From Mobula birostris (lineage: Eukaryota), in contig NC_092379.1 in assembly GCF_030028105.1 (NCBI RefSeq), positions 91,871,006 to 91,935,005 on the forward strand: a stretch of 64,000 nucleotides of DNA, given 5' to 3'. This document shows positions 36,833-50,680 of this stretch, piece after piece; position 1 is the first letter of the stretch, and each line of letters opens with the position of its first letter. The notes under the pieces were generated by a model that had not been told where the DNA came from, searched no databases, and saw only the letters and a list, made by a program, of their open reading frames with translations. The translations under genes and the position numbers were made by a program.

Positions 36833-38695
36833 TTTTCTCGAGAGTTTCATAGAGGAACATTTTTCCCCTTTCTCTTTGATTGGAGAGATATTGTGGGGTA
36901 GATGAATTAATCAAGTGCATGAATCTCTTATCAAAAAGACAAACAGACAAAATACAGACACATGACAGAGGATGTAGCGTAGTGGTGGTAGTGCGTTATA
37001 GACTCCTTCAGTACATTGAGTTACTGAATTGTATCTGCAAAATGTGCAAAACCATGTCCAGGTGCAGCTTGGAATATTACAGTCCTAAATGAGTTACGTT
37101 AAAATTAAATGGAGGAAGCTTTTAAGGTATTATGACAAAGTTGTCTGATTTGTAGTGAAATTTATGGTTTTGCCTGTATTGGAATGTGACCATCTATGTG
37201 GTTACATCACAAACCATAGGTATTGTGAACCATGTTACAGGTGATGGGACTAGTACCACAATAGTTGAAGTATACTGGCAATTTCAAATTGCAAATTCTG
37301 TGAAAATTGCTAGTGTTCTTTGTTAACTAAAGCAAGGAAATACTTGAAGTACTTAGCATTTGCGATAGCATATACAGAGAAAAATAGAATTAATATTTGA
37401 AACATTAATGAAATAAATCATTAACTTGAAGCATTAACTCAGTTTCTCTCTTCAGCCGTGCTGTTTGATCAGCTGAATATCTCTAGAATTTCTGTTATTT
37501 CAAATTCCAGTTCCCACGGAACATTACATGTCAACTATTGAGTCCATATTTGTTCATGTTATAGAGTATACTTTCTTTTCTATTGGTTAACTTATTAACT
37601 CAGTGCAGCTAGTGATGTAACCTGAAATGCTTACTAATTTTAAAAGGAGTGGATTATGGAATGATGAAGTGTGTGCCCTTCAACCTAAGGAGAAATACTT
37701 TATTTTTGAGGGAAGGCATCAATCGAGAGTTTTGAGGGGAAGAAGGGGAAATCCCTTGTTCAGGTAGATTCAAAAATTCAAACAGTGTCATCCGTGTAGA
37801 TACCAACCCTCTAAACATGCATATGTTAACAGCTGCAGAAGGGATGGAATCATTATTTGGGAGGATTATGTATGATCTCTATGCTGGCATATTTGAAGGC
37901 TGTGAAGTGTTGGAGAAGTTGAGCCAAGAGAAGCAAAGAGATGGATGAGATAGAAACTGAAGTAAATGATGTTCTGTGGACTGACTGAAGTAGATGCTGT
38001 TGTGAAGGATTAAATTGGAATGTGATGAGGTGTAAAGTCTGAATTTGCACATAGCCTGCTATACAGTATATGAAATATTATTTCTAACCACAAGCAATTG
38101 ATGCAATAGATAATTTATTTTCAAACATTAATTTTACATGGGTTATGTTAGTGTAAAATATAAAACCTGTAGCCAAATCCTCTAAGGGGATTGGGCAAGT
38201 TACTCGGCTTTGCTACTCTTTGCTGTCATAAAGGCTGTGAGACTTCAGAGACAGGAACTTAGACGCCCAGAAACAGACAGATTATTAGCAAAAATACATG
38301 AAGAAAATCTAATACTCAAACAGAAACAACTTACATTCTGCAATAATCTTATAGAGAGATTAAACGTGATTAAAAATGAATGATTATGAGGCATCATTTT
38401 GAATAAACATTTGGGCTTTGATGTAGATTTCCCTGGATATGAAATTAATTACTGAGCTGTTGTAATTCTGTTTTTAATTGGGTCAGGCTAGATTATATAT
38501 TTGGTGTACTTTATTCCAGACTTTCACATGCAGTATCAAGTTGCTCTGAATGAGTAATACATCTCCTAGGATTCAGCTTTCATGCTTTAAATACCAAATT
38601 GTACACTTTGTTGGAGTAACAATTCTTTGATTTGAGTATTTTTTGTTTAAGTTCCCTATTTTCAAATATGCTGATTGTGGTTTTATTTTCCTCAG

Positions 38696-38847
38696 TTTTC
38701 ACAAAGAATCTGTGCAGCCAGATGTCATCCATTAGTGGTCCCCTGCTACAATGGCTGGAGGATCGTTTAGATCAGAACAAACAGCACATCCTGGAACTTC
38801 AGCGGGAAAAAGAACAGCTCCTCCAGGAATTAGCAGTCCTAAAATGA
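38696..38847 (+). CDS. BRCC3: BRCC3 last coding exon
   Basis: tttcctcAG|(V)FTKNLCSQMSSISGPLLQWLEDRLDQNKQHILELQREKEQLLQELAVLK*; eight exons sum to 786 nt = 261 aa + stop, all phases consistent. Confidence 0.97.
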
Positions 38848-38921
38848 AAGACATTGTCAGAGCTGAGGAAAGTGAAAGCAGATTGATCAATTTCTGATGA
38901 GAAAGAAAGCCCTTTGATTGC

Positions 38922-38927
38922 AATAAA
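38922..38927 (+). terminator. Candidate BRCC3 polyadenylation signal AATAAA (another at 39306-39311)
   Basis: First AATAAA 75 nt after the stop codon; usage not shown. Confidence 0.4.
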
Positions 38928-39663
38928 ACTGTGTAGCAGAGCTTTTATGTCATGTTTAAGATCCCACTCAATTTATTATCTTAAATTAAGCCTGTCCATC
39001 AAATGGAAGGAAGCACATATTGACTTTGGTTGGCTTTTCCACCAAAAGGGGATTTATTCCAGTTATTGCTGGATCTAAGCATTGACACTTCAGGAGACCA
39101 GCACTGGAATTAATAGCTCTATTTATATCAAGTTATTGCTTGGATTAGTTTACTGACAATATTAAGTAATTATTTGTTCAATTAAACAATGTGATAACAG
39201 AAGTTGTTTAATTAATGTTACTTTTCAAGACCAGGAAATTTGTTGAGTACTTGATAAATTGTCAAAAAAAGAAATGCATACTTGTGTTTTTATTTGCAGT
39301 TGCATAATAAAAATTGATATTTGAGGCATCCACTAGATGCAGTGATTTATATCAGTATATAAATTAACAGATTAGAAAATTCAAAACTATGTGAATACTG
39401 TGGAGCACATCTTTCAAAGACACAGAAAGTCACAAGACCTCAGTAATATCTTAATAAGTGAGTCTGTTTATTTTTCATCCTGTGAATGAATTTGGTAAAT
39501 AATCAGGACCAAAGTCTGTGTGAACAATTTTGTTTCCAACGTCAGAAATATTTGCCATTTACAATAGACCATTGGCGCATCACTTAGGTGCATTATATTG
39601 ATTCATTTCACCACTTTAGAACGTTTTTGTGATATTTGATTATTAACAGCCAAATAGGATATA

Positions 39664-40360
39664 GTGGATTACAGGAGGAATGGAGACAGGCTAACACCTA
39701 TAGACATCAATGGATCTGGGGTTGAGAGGGTGAACAGCTTTAAGTTCCTCGGCATACACATCACTGAGGATCTCATGTGGTCTGTACATACCGGCTGTGT
39801 GATGGAAAAGGCACAACAGCGCCTCTTTCACCTCAGACGGTTGAAGTTTGGTATGGCCCCCCAAATTCTAAGAATTTTCTATAGGGGCACAATTGAGAGC
39901 ATCCTGACTGGCTGCCTCACTGCCTGGAATGGGAACTGTACTTCCCTCAATCACAGAACTCTGCAGAGAGTGGTGCGGGCAGCCCTGCACATCTGTAGGT
40001 GTGAACTTCCCACTATTCAGGACATTTACAGAGACAGGTGTGTAAAAAGGGCCCGACGGATCACTGGGGACCTGAGTCACCCCAACCACAAACTGTTCCA
40101 GCTGCTACCTTCTGGCAAACAGTACCACAGCATAAAAGCCGGGACCGACAAGCTCCGGGACAGCTTCTTCCACCAGGCCATCAGACTGCTTAATTCATGC
40201 TAACACAACTATATTTCTGTGTTATATTGATGGTCTTGTTGTACATAATATTTATTATAAATTACTATAATTGCACATTGCACATTTAAACAGAGACATA
40301 AGGTAAAGATTTTTACTCATGTATATGAAGGATATAAGTAATAAAGTCAATCCAATTCAA
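39664..40360 (+). mobile_element. Young 5'-truncated Rex1/Babar-type LINE
   Basis: Open 179-aa ORF 39664-40203 (FKFLGIHITEDL...RDSFFHQAIRLLN); tail aataaagtcaatccaattcaa. Confidence 0.88.
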
Positions 40361-40837
40361 ATGGATTTATAGAACCTGTAGGGAAGTGATAGGAAAATTC
40401 ATACTAGTGATCTTTGAAGCAAAACAGTAGATCTATTTAATTGCAATAAAGTTAAAGGAGTGGTTTAATAGAACATAGGTGACAACCATAGTTCACACTC
40501 TTATGTTCTAGTGCTTAACCTTGAGTGTGCCTTTCAATTTCTTCATTTACAGATTAGTTCAATTACCATTTTCAGTCAAATTCGTTTATTGATCTCAATG
40601 CATTAGTTTTTGATATGCATCTAATGAACTGTTTGAAACGCTGCAATCCATATGTAGCTCATATAGAGTTAAGTAACAATTTCTCAGTATTGTTCAAGCA
40701 TTTCCTAACCATGACTTGTGGGGCATTGCATAACTAGTTGCAGTTTTCAAGTTAGTTGTGACTCATGCAATGCTTTCATATTGCATCCATTTGATTTGAA
40801 AGTTGCTAACTGCACACCTATGACTTAGGTAAAACAT

Positions 40838-41247
40838 TAGATTAGATTAGATTCAACTTTATTGTCATTGTGCTGAGTACAGATACAAAGCCAATGAAAT
40901 GCAGTTAGCATCTAATCAGAAATGCAAAGAATAGTGTTATTTACAAAATAACTGCGAATAAAAAGTGCTACAGTACAATACAATAAGGGTGCAATATTGC
41001 TAAGTGCTGTGATGTGAGGTTCAGCAGGGTCACAGCCTCAGGGAAGAAGCTCTTCCTGTGCCTGCTGGTGCGGGAGCGGAGGCTCCTGTAGCGCCTACTG
41101 GATGGGAGGAGCGTGAAAAGTCCATGGTTAGGGTGAGATGCATCCTTGATAATGCTTTTTGCCCTGCCCAGGCAGCGTTTGTGGTAGATGTTCTCAATGG
41201 TGGGCAATTGGGTACCGATAATCCGCTGGGCAGTTTTCACCACAAGC
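40838..41247 (-). mobile_element. Short Rex1/Babar-type LINE 3' end
   Basis: ORF 40968-41267 (LLPSSRRYRSL...SFFPEAVTLLN); (ATTAG)n tail; AAACAT duplicated at 40832 and 41262. Confidence 0.85.
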
Positions 41248-41289
41248 TGGTATATCTGAAGAAACATAACAGTTTCTTCAGATATACCA
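41248..41289. repeat. Perfect 18-bp inverted repeat with 6-nt loop
   Basis: TGGTATATCTGAAGAAAC-ataaca-GTTTCTTCAGATATACCA. Confidence 0.95.
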
Positions 41290-41489
41290 AAAGAGTCTTG
41301 TAGCTTTAAGTCCAGATTTTTATTAGAATAGATATTAAGTTATTTAAATTTAAAATATCCATTGTTTTTAAAATTAAACAGTATTAAGAATAAGCCCACA
41401 TTCTATCCCTTATATATTTTGTATATAGAATAATGCAGCATTGTACAGGCCCTTCGCCCCAAATGTTTATATAAAAATATATTTATTTT

Positions 41490-41735
41490 TATTTAGAGAT
41501 GCAGTGCGGAACAAGGTTCTTTTGGCCCAGTGAGCCACTTCACCCAGCAATCTGCCTATTTAGCCTGAGCCTAATCACAGGACAGTTTGCAATATTCTAT
41601 TATACTAACCACTTCTTTGGAATGTAGGAGAACGAGAAGGACATATGAACTCCTTACAAATGGTGTCGGAATTGAACTCTGAACCCTGGAGTTCTGAGCT
41701 GTATAGCTTTGTGTTAATGGCTACACTGCCATGGT
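41490..41735 (-). mobile_element. tRNA-derived SINE (HE1-like) remnant
   Basis: Minus strand reads ggcagtgtagcc...gttcaattcc (A/B-box-like) and ends in a CR1-type 3' tail (ctgggccaaaagaaccttgttccgcactgcatctctaa). Confidence 0.55.
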
Positions 41736-44700
41736 ACCCTAAACTTACTCCATAATTAACCTAACTGTTCCCTTCTAGACAATCTATTATGTTTATAATC
41801 TTGAAAATACATGCAGTTAAGCTATATCAAAGAAAATATAATCTGATGATAATCACTTGCCTTATTACTATTTAAAAGTTATCCATTACTGATTCTGTCA
41901 GCAATAGCAATGAATTTGAATTCTTAAAAACTTGGGCATACACTTCTCATTCATTTCATCAAATATATGCATCTCATATACTAAAATAATGATTTGTGGT
42001 GAATGGAAAATCCAGGAATAGAAAGTAGCAAAGCCAAAATGTTTTTGTTACTTTGCCACAGCATTAAGCCTGGCTTGATTTCCAGCCTTGATAGCCATTT
42101 TATTTTAAAACTGAACATCAATTAGATTTTACATCTGTAGTGGAAATGTTAGCAGATCAATTGTAAAATGTTTAAGTGGTAAATTATTATCGTTGTAAAC
42201 ACAACAAACACTATTAAGTAAATGAAGTGTGCTATTAATTCAGAAATCTTTCATCTATTTATATTTTTGTACCTCAATTGTACCTTAATTTTAATCATAA
42301 TGACAAGAAGCAGAAGATATATTTTTGAGATATTTCAATATTTTCAAATTTTTTCATGTTTGATAAAACTGGTCTTTGATTTCATCTGTGTTCCCTAAAT
42401 TTGAATTACTGAGCAAACTTAAAAAAAGCATTAGTGTTATTCTTTGTACATGCTCTCTGGACAGTATTCAAGGAATGTTTCAGCATTGTGCAATTATTCT
42501 GTGCAATGTGTCACTGAATATATTTTCTCTTCTACATCAACATTTTGGAGTATAAAAGTCTTATGATGCTACAGGAATGATACTATAACTGCTAATAATG
42601 ACTTGTGTATCAGGATATATCAAGACGATCTTTCTTCATCTGTTCTACTTTCTCCTATCAATTATGATGATGTAAAGTGAATAAAGATTTGAAAAATGAA
42701 AATCAAAAATCTATCAAGACAAGAAAAAATAACTTCATGTTGTAGAAAAATAAGTAATGAACTTAGCATTGTTTGTGCGATGGCTTTGTGCTCTTTGCAT
42801 GTATTTAATTAATTCATTTTTACAGAGCTTGTGTGTAATTAGAGAAAAAGAGGAAGATTATTATTTACTATTTTCCAGATTATTTCACAGTCAATTGGTT
42901 TTAAAGTACAAATACAATACAGTTAAATCTGTCAGCATATTAGGACATAGTGGCATTGCAGAAACTGTAGATGTATGATCAAAAAAATTCTCTTTGGTAC
43001 TATTAGTTGAGGGAGGAAGGTAAATTGGATAGTACATTGTTTTCTACCGAAGAATTGATTCTGTGTGTGCAGCCAGACAGTTGTCTTTTTTGCTATTTTC
43101 TAGTTTTGGAAATAATCATCTTGAGTCATTCAATGAAGTGCCTTTGAAGTTAAGAACCATTTTAGTAAAGGTAAGAAAACAAAGTCAATTCATGCATAGC
43201 AGTGATTTGTGCACTAAGATGAGTCAGCCTAGATTACACAACTTGGTCAAGAATCCTGAACCTACTGACTTAAGATGAGAATACTTATTGTCATTAAACA
43301 ATTGCCCTGTGAGTGAATTCTAGAGTACTATTCTTTATATACCATTTGAAATTTTCAATTTTCCTTTTGGGTTCGCTGGTATTGATGTGCTGTTATATGG
43401 ATATACACAGTTGCATCCAATGCTGTGCAATGCCTAGCTAAGTGGTATTACTGGAGTTTCTGTCTATACGTAACCCATAGCTTTTGCAAGTACATGTGCT
43501 CTATGGACCATTTATACAGAAGAAAGTCTTCATAGTTCTCGAAATGCTTGCTTCAATATTGCTTGAAGTTTACCTCTATAAACCTGAATTCTTACAAATA
43601 CTTCATACAGCTTTTCCCCAAACTCCATCTCCTCTTGAACATGTATGCACAGATATGATCCACACCTTCAACCACAGTCACCAATTTGCATATTGTCCTC
43701 ACATTACCTGCACAATTTCAGGAGCCAACCTTCACCCTGACCAACCTAGCAACTTTCTGGACCTTCTGTGGATTCTGATTAAACCTCTGACCTTCTTAAC
43801 TATTCCTTTCTGATTCTAAATTCACATTTTCCAAATACTCAATCAACCACCTAATAGTCAAGTCAACTTTTTCCCCTAAACCAATGAACCTCTCTTCCTA
43901 CTTTAAGTAACCTGGCCCAAGCTTGCCAAATTCCCTCTACAGGCTCCAACAGCTATGTATGCCAGGAAATACTGTACCTCTGCTCTACGGAATTTAATAG
44001 AGGTCAATATTTTCAACAAAATTATCATTTGCTGATTGTTCTCTGCTGAATGTGTTTAAACAGGCACTTTTCAATTTTCATCAAGGTTGTACTGATCACC
44101 TAGCAGAATTTTGGTAGAAAATCATTCAAGATTTCTGTAATGACATTGTTAGTGGACTGACTCATTTTAAGCAAAAGAAAAACTAATGGATGCTCACTGG
44201 GTCAGGTAGCTTTTGTAAGATAAAGGAATGGTCAATGCATCAGGTTGACACCTTACATAAAGACTGAAAGTCACTTGTGTCTCTTGATTGCCTTGATTGC
44301 TGCTCTTTTGTTGCCTCTCTGATCGAAACTAAATCCTCATTTGCATTTTACCATACGCCGACTGAACTTCAAGCAGGGTATAAATGTGCATTCTTGGAAA
44401 CAGGAATGAGGTGAAGCAAAAAACGAGCTGCTGGGGGAACTTGACAGATCAAGCAGCATCTGTAGAGGGAAATTATCAGTTAACATTTCAGGTCGACTCT
44501 TCAACTGAACTGAAAAATAAAAGGGCAGACAACCAAAAAAAAAGGGGAGGGTTTTGGCAAGAATTAACGAGCAATAGGTGAATACAAGTGAGAAGGGTTT
44601 GATTGGTTGATGAAGTCAGGTGAAGAAGAGAAGAGTGGAGTTAAAATTACATAAAGCTTTCCAAGAGAAATTTAAAAGACAAAGTAAGGGTTTTGTCAAT

Positions 44701-45879
44701 ATGCAGTATTGTTTAACTATTTTGGGGAAAATACAAAATGTATTTTGGCTAAGAAAAGCAATGTTTAAGATGCTCCTCAATTGTTTCAAACTATCTCCCA
44801 AAATACCAATTTCAACTTCCCAAATTGAATATGCACTAATCACCATTTTCCCAGTTGCTCTTTGGAATGTGTGAATAGAAATCCTGATGTTTCTGTCACC
44901 TCAAACTGGAATGTAGGCCTTTCTCTCATACCAATATTAATTCCAAAAGAAATAAAGAAAACAAAACACAGGCAAGACAAAACAAAAATCCATGCAATTT
45001 TTTTTCATCCAGAACTTTTAGAAATAGCTGAAAAGATGTTGGAATGAACAGTTAATTTCCACAGTTAAAAACTTAAGTGGATATTCCAAAGAATAAAGAA
45101 AATGTAAAGATGGGGTCTCCACATGATCACATAAGAGGCACTGGTTCTTAAATATAAGAGGTCCTACAACTTTATTTCACATTAAATAACAGAAGCTTAC
45201 AGTTGGTCACACCCTCTTCCCTTGGAGTAAAGGATTCATTTAAACATCATCCCAAAGCAGATTTAACAATTACATATGCTCTCACTTATCTCATGCATCT
45301 TTTCTCTCTGATTTGGCAAATCAAAATTAACTTACACCTCATGCATTATTTTAAAGCTCACAAACAATCCACAGTTTAGAATAAAGCTTACTCCAAAAGA
45401 TTGGACATTTGCCAAAATATCTTAGATTATAATCAAAGCTATCTTAAAGATATTTTAAACTTTAAAGCTTTAAAAGAATGCTGGAAGTTATTGGTCATGC
45501 ACATGGAAACAGTCTTAATATTCCCACATCAATCAAAATTCCAACATCTTGTGAGATTTCTCGTATTCTAATCTAAAACCTGGATTATATGACCTCTTCA
45601 TTTTACAGTCTTGGATAATGCATCTTACTTTAGAACCATCAGCACTTCCAGAACCATTGTTTTTGACAGATCATTACTTACATTTACATCTGTGATATGT
45701 GTGCGTGGTTTTGTATCCTGTGAGTTTCATGGTAGCTACCTCTACTGGAGTTGTCTCCTGATTTTCCTTCACCCTCTTCTGGTCCATCTCCCTAACCCAA
45801 GTTTTGACACGAAGTAAGTATCCTACTGGTATCCCAAAGTTCAAACCTCTCAGTGAGCTGTGTCCACTACTGTCAGCCA

Positions 45880-46710
45880 TTACGTGATATCACATGGAGT
45901 GAACTGAATTGTCTGGACACAGATTTCTGCAGTGGTGTGGCTCTCAGGAGAAAAACACGGTTGCCAATGCTTTGGCCTTTTCTTCAGCATATATGCAGAC
46001 CCCGCCCACTCCACTATGGAAGATGAAGATGCTCTTAGAGCTTCCTCCCCCTATGAGCTGTTTAATTGCCCATCATAATTCATGACTATATGTGACAGGA
46101 CTGCAGAGCTTTGAAATGACCTATTGGCCACGCGGTAGCTTGACTCTGGCTGCAGCATGCTGTTGCAGTTGGTTAGCTCACAATTAGTCCTCTATTGCAA
46201 TTTCACTATGCTAGCACCTCATCATCGTGTGGTGTGTCTGGTGTTGCTCCTGACAAGCACTCCTGTGCCTCATTTCCCATCCTGTGGCTTGATAATAATG
46301 GTAGACTGAAGAATACACTACTGATCACGATGCCTTACGTTTCTGGGGCTGATAATTGTCAACAGCATCTCGTAAGTGCCCAGTTTTGACCTGCCGGGTC
46401 TGATCTAAGATTTCTCATTCGGCAGATTTGTTGTGCCACACAGCTCAGTGGTGTGCGTCTGCACTGTGAAAATAGAACTTCGTCTCCCAAGGATTGTGAC
46501 GTGATCACTTCAACCAGTGCTATAATTGACAGGTAGCTTCGTGAGGACAAGGTCATATAGATTTTCCCCTCATTCTGGTTCACTTACTACCTTCTGCTGA
46601 TCTGGTTGGGCAGCAATTTTTTCAGGTGTTGGCTACCTCAGTCCGTGGTGCTGCCAAGTCACTCTTGGTGATAGATATTGAAGTCCCTCACCCAGTGTAC
46701 ATTCTGTTTA
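45880..46710 (-). mobile_element. Old LINE remnant, endonuclease region
   Basis: Minus strand gggacttcaatatctatcaccaagagtg (GDFN...H) and aagtgatcac (SDH); highly decayed. Confidence 0.4.
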
Positions 46711-47330
46711 CCTCGAGTTAATCCAAAATATAATCATTTTATCTCTAATTGATTTCAAGTGCACTGCTTATAAAAAATAAGTCTGAGGGGTGGAAATGGC
46801 TTTCAGTTAGCCTTGATTGCGCAAAATGAATTGGCAGTATGCTTTCCACCCCAGTGATTTAGAGAGGTGTGACATGCAATAATTTTCTCGTCTGTGATCT
46901 GAATATATTCCTTTAAAGAAACCTATCATACAATCTAATTAACATCGCTGAAGGAACTAATTTAATATTCGTGCTTAGTATCCGCTGTTAGCCTTTTTTT
47001 AAAGTAATGCTATTATCTGTCTATAATTGCATTAGATTCCCAGCTCTAATTCTTCACTTGAAATGTTAAATACATAGCCTATTATCAGTGTTTGTGCTCC
47101 TGAAAAGGATATTTATCTAGCAATCACACACGCAAACAAAAGAGGCACGCTTTCTGGAAGGCAATTCCGGGGATGAACAGGTGCTGTTCAGATGACACAA
47201 AAGAACACAAATGATCTTACTGCAGACAAATTGTAACTACGAAGAAATTGTTCAAAAACTGCGAAAAAGAACCAAGCCTTATATCCACAGCAACATTTTA
47301 GATTGTGAAGTTAAAACATAATTTGCGAAA

Positions 47331-47379
47331 ATGTCCTGTGGAAAACAAGATGTGATTATCATTGGTGCAGGCTTGTCCG
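47331..47379 (+). CDS. MAO: Monoamine oxidase (amine oxidase, flavin-containing) coding exon 1
   Basis: MSCGKQDVIIIGAGLS + G|GTGAGT; Rossmann GxGxxG; in-frame TAA at 47319 supports this ATG as the start. Confidence 0.92.
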
Positions 47380-48749
47380 GTGAGTTACTTTACTCTTTTC
47401 TCTTTTTCCGATTAATATTTTTCCCTCATTTTTTTTATATAAGTGTTTGAGCTATTTGAATGAAGCCTGCTTTTGGGCAGTGTATATTAATGAATGGTTA
47501 TTTTGAATCTGCAATTATGTTGTAGAATAATATATCAGGATGAAATAGTCCAAATTGTGTCACCTTTTATTTGTATGTAATTGGAATGAATATCATCATG
47601 CGTAAGATAGAAAATCACTTTAATAATAAATTCTATTTGAAATAATCCAAAAATAAGTTAAAGCAAACAAAACTGGTTTCTATGAACTTAAATTTGGTTC
47701 TTTTTTTAGGATGAAGACTCTCTATCTGTGGCAGTTTGATAATGCATTTAACTGCTATCCACTGTTAAAAGCACCTTGTAAAAATATTGTGATATCTGAA
47801 CATGTTATAATTTTAGCTCTTTTAATTATATTTACCTTGTTAGTCATGAAACTAAGAGCAAGGTGTATTGTCAATGAGTGTGCAGTCTTTCAGGCTAATT
47901 TCATCTCCCCACAGGGTAGTCAATTTTCCCTTTTGAAGTATTTTTGTCTGGAAGTAAACAAGTGTATATAAAATGTAGATCTTGCCACAGCAAGGTATAT
48001 TATAATAGACTTCCGACTCCAGCTTGAAAGAATTATCTAATCATGTAACTTATTGAAAGTGTGAGTGACTTTCACACCTGTGAGAGCTTTACAGAGCCTC
48101 TGAGGGTTTAAAATGTCATGGAAACAATCAACATTTCCCTTAACCAGTACATGCTAGAGATTGGTAATTTAATTAACTTTAAATGGAGTGATTAAAAAAA
48201 GAAAAATAAGAAGTAAGAAATAATAAAATATAAATTCTAAAATATATTTGAGCTCTCTAATTGTAGAAAGAATTCAGTGCTTAAATTGTTACCATTCTGG
48301 ATCAGAGAGAGGCATTGGTATTGGACTCATAACACACTCTTAAACAGTAACAAATCAATTAAATCTAAGCTGACTGAAGACTGATTCGGTTTAGAGAAAT
48401 TTAATGTGAAAATCCAGCATATACCAGGGAGATTCAGGGCAAGATGACATTTCTGTGAAGCAGATGGCAAGCCAGTTTAGATCAGCCAGCTAAATTTGAG
48501 GGACTCGCACTGTTGGCCTAGCTCTCAGATTTAACCATGTATTAATGCTGTGAATCATGAATAAGTCGTGTTTTCCAAGAAGGTTGAATTAAGTTTTTCA
48601 AAGTATCCTGTTGTTTACAGTTAAGATTACAAGACATGTTTGTGCTTCCCTTGAGCATCAGTACCTATAGTCATCATTTCTTTCACCAAGGTAGTTTAAA
48701 ATTATCTGAGATATTATCTTAAAGAGAAGGATGGAGTTAATGATAAATA

Positions 48750-49440
48750 CAAGTGATTATGCAGATGCTGGAAATCCAGAGCAACACACACAAAATGCTG
48801 GAGGAACCCAGCTGGTCAGACAGTATCTATGGAAATAAATAGATGACGTTTCAGGCCATGACTGGATAGGAAGAGGGAAGAAGCCAGAAGAAGAAGGTTG
48901 GGGGGGGGCGGGAGGGGGGAGAAGTACAAGCTAGGAGGGTGGGGGAGGGAGGATGAACAAAGAATCTAGGAGGCGATAGGAGAAAAAGGTAAAGGTCTGG
49001 AGAGGAAGGAATCTGATAGGAGAGGAGAAGGGAAAGGAGGAGGGATACAAAGAAGAGGTGATAAGCAAGTGAGGAGAAGAGGTAAGAAGACAGGGTGGAG
49101 AAATTGAAGAATGGGAAAAGAGGAGGGGGAAAAGTTTACCATAATTTAGAGAAACCAATGTTCATGCCATCTGGTTAGAGGCTCCCAAGACGGAATATGT
49201 GGTGTTACTCCTCCAACCTGAGAATGGTAGTAGAGGGGACCATGGACTGACATGTCAGAATGGGAATGGAGGTTGGAATCAAAATGGTTGTCCACCAGGA
49301 AATCCTGCTTTTTGCAGAGATGCCTGACAAAGCAATCCCCCAATCTACATTGGGTCTCGCCCATGTACTGTAGAGGAGGCCACATCAGGAGCACCAGAAA
49401 CAGTGGAGGACACCAACAGATTCACAGGTGAAGGGTTGCC
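48750..49440 (-). mobile_element. Penelope-like 3' fragment
   Basis: ORF 49146-49394 (YMGETQCRLGDCF..HL); tail gcagatgctggaaatccagagcaacacacacaaaatgctgg. Confidence 0.8.
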
Positions 49441-50680
49441 TAGTAGAGTTAATAGTTTTGATGAGTCTGCATCAACAAAAATATTAAACATTAAATTCTT
49501 TAATCCTCACACCAACAAATGACTATCATAAAAATAATGCCAATTTTTTGCAGACCAAATTTCCCCTGAACATTATAGCCTCCAGATCTCTTTTTTTTTA
49601 AAAGAAACTGATCAAAAATCTTTCTCTTTAGCAAATGGTTTACAGCTATAGATTTCACTAAGTGCTATATAAATACCAGTTAATGCTGATGATGGTTATA
49701 CAATGGAGATTTGTTTGGAATTATTGTTTCATCAGCTGGTTAAAACAGAACTGCCAGAAGGTAATGGTAAACTCAAGGTCAATATTCAGTAGGTATGGCA
49801 ATTTTGCTTGATTGATTAATTTTGCTGAAAAGGTAACAGTATGAACATACAAAGGACTACCCTCTAATGTCTGAAGAGTTTAGAAATCTACAGAATTTAG
49901 TAATCCCTTTAAAAATGGACAGAAGAATCTGTGTGCAAAATATTTTACAGTATTGTTAACTTCTCCTCACACCACCAGATAACAGCTCCAGCTTTATACA
50001 GAAGTAAATCATAAGTCTTACTTTTTGACAGTTTTAATTTATAACCAATTTTCATTAACAGGATATTGCATCCTTAAAATGAAGTTTTATAATATATGAG
50101 CTGAGTAACAACAGCTGCTGATCCAAAATCATTCACTTCTGGTTGTTTATAGCATTCATGCTGAGATGTGTAATTTCCTGCTTTGATGCTGTACCTTGAC
50201 ACCTATTGATTTGCAGCTTGATTGTCTGAAGAAATCATCACAGAAACATTTATTATACTGACAGTGTATCGGAAATGAGGGGGAGGCAGCTTTATTCTGA
50301 ATGTAGATGGATGGCTTTAAATTGATTAATATCTGTATTAAAAAAATCCCATCAGAATCAAGACAGGTTTATCATCACTGTCTAATATGACAAAATAAAT
50401 TACAAAATTACAGAAAAAATAAAGGAAAAATGTGATACTATTCATGGACAGAAATCTGGTAATGGAAATGGAAGGTTTCTGCAGCACAGACGGATTCATT
50501 TTATCATTTCTGGAACTGAATTTTAAAATAAAGCCATATTATCATGTATCTTTTAAAAAGGCGGCAAGTGTTATTAACAGGACCAGTGGCTGAAGACAAG
50601 AAGTGATGCACACTCTTCTCTTCAGCAAAATATACATACAAATTGCACCAAAATTTGTTAAGTTATTTTTCAAAGTTCTT

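Noticed and set aside
41750-45880. AT-rich intergenic DNA searched for VBP1 or other exons between BRCC3 and MAO
   Set aside because: No recognisable exon; the short ORFs look random. Small exons could have been missed.
48899-48952. G-runs resembling a G-quadruplex (also C-runs at 27260 and 27890)
   Set aside because: Part of the Penelope low-complexity 3' region, with no independent sign of function.
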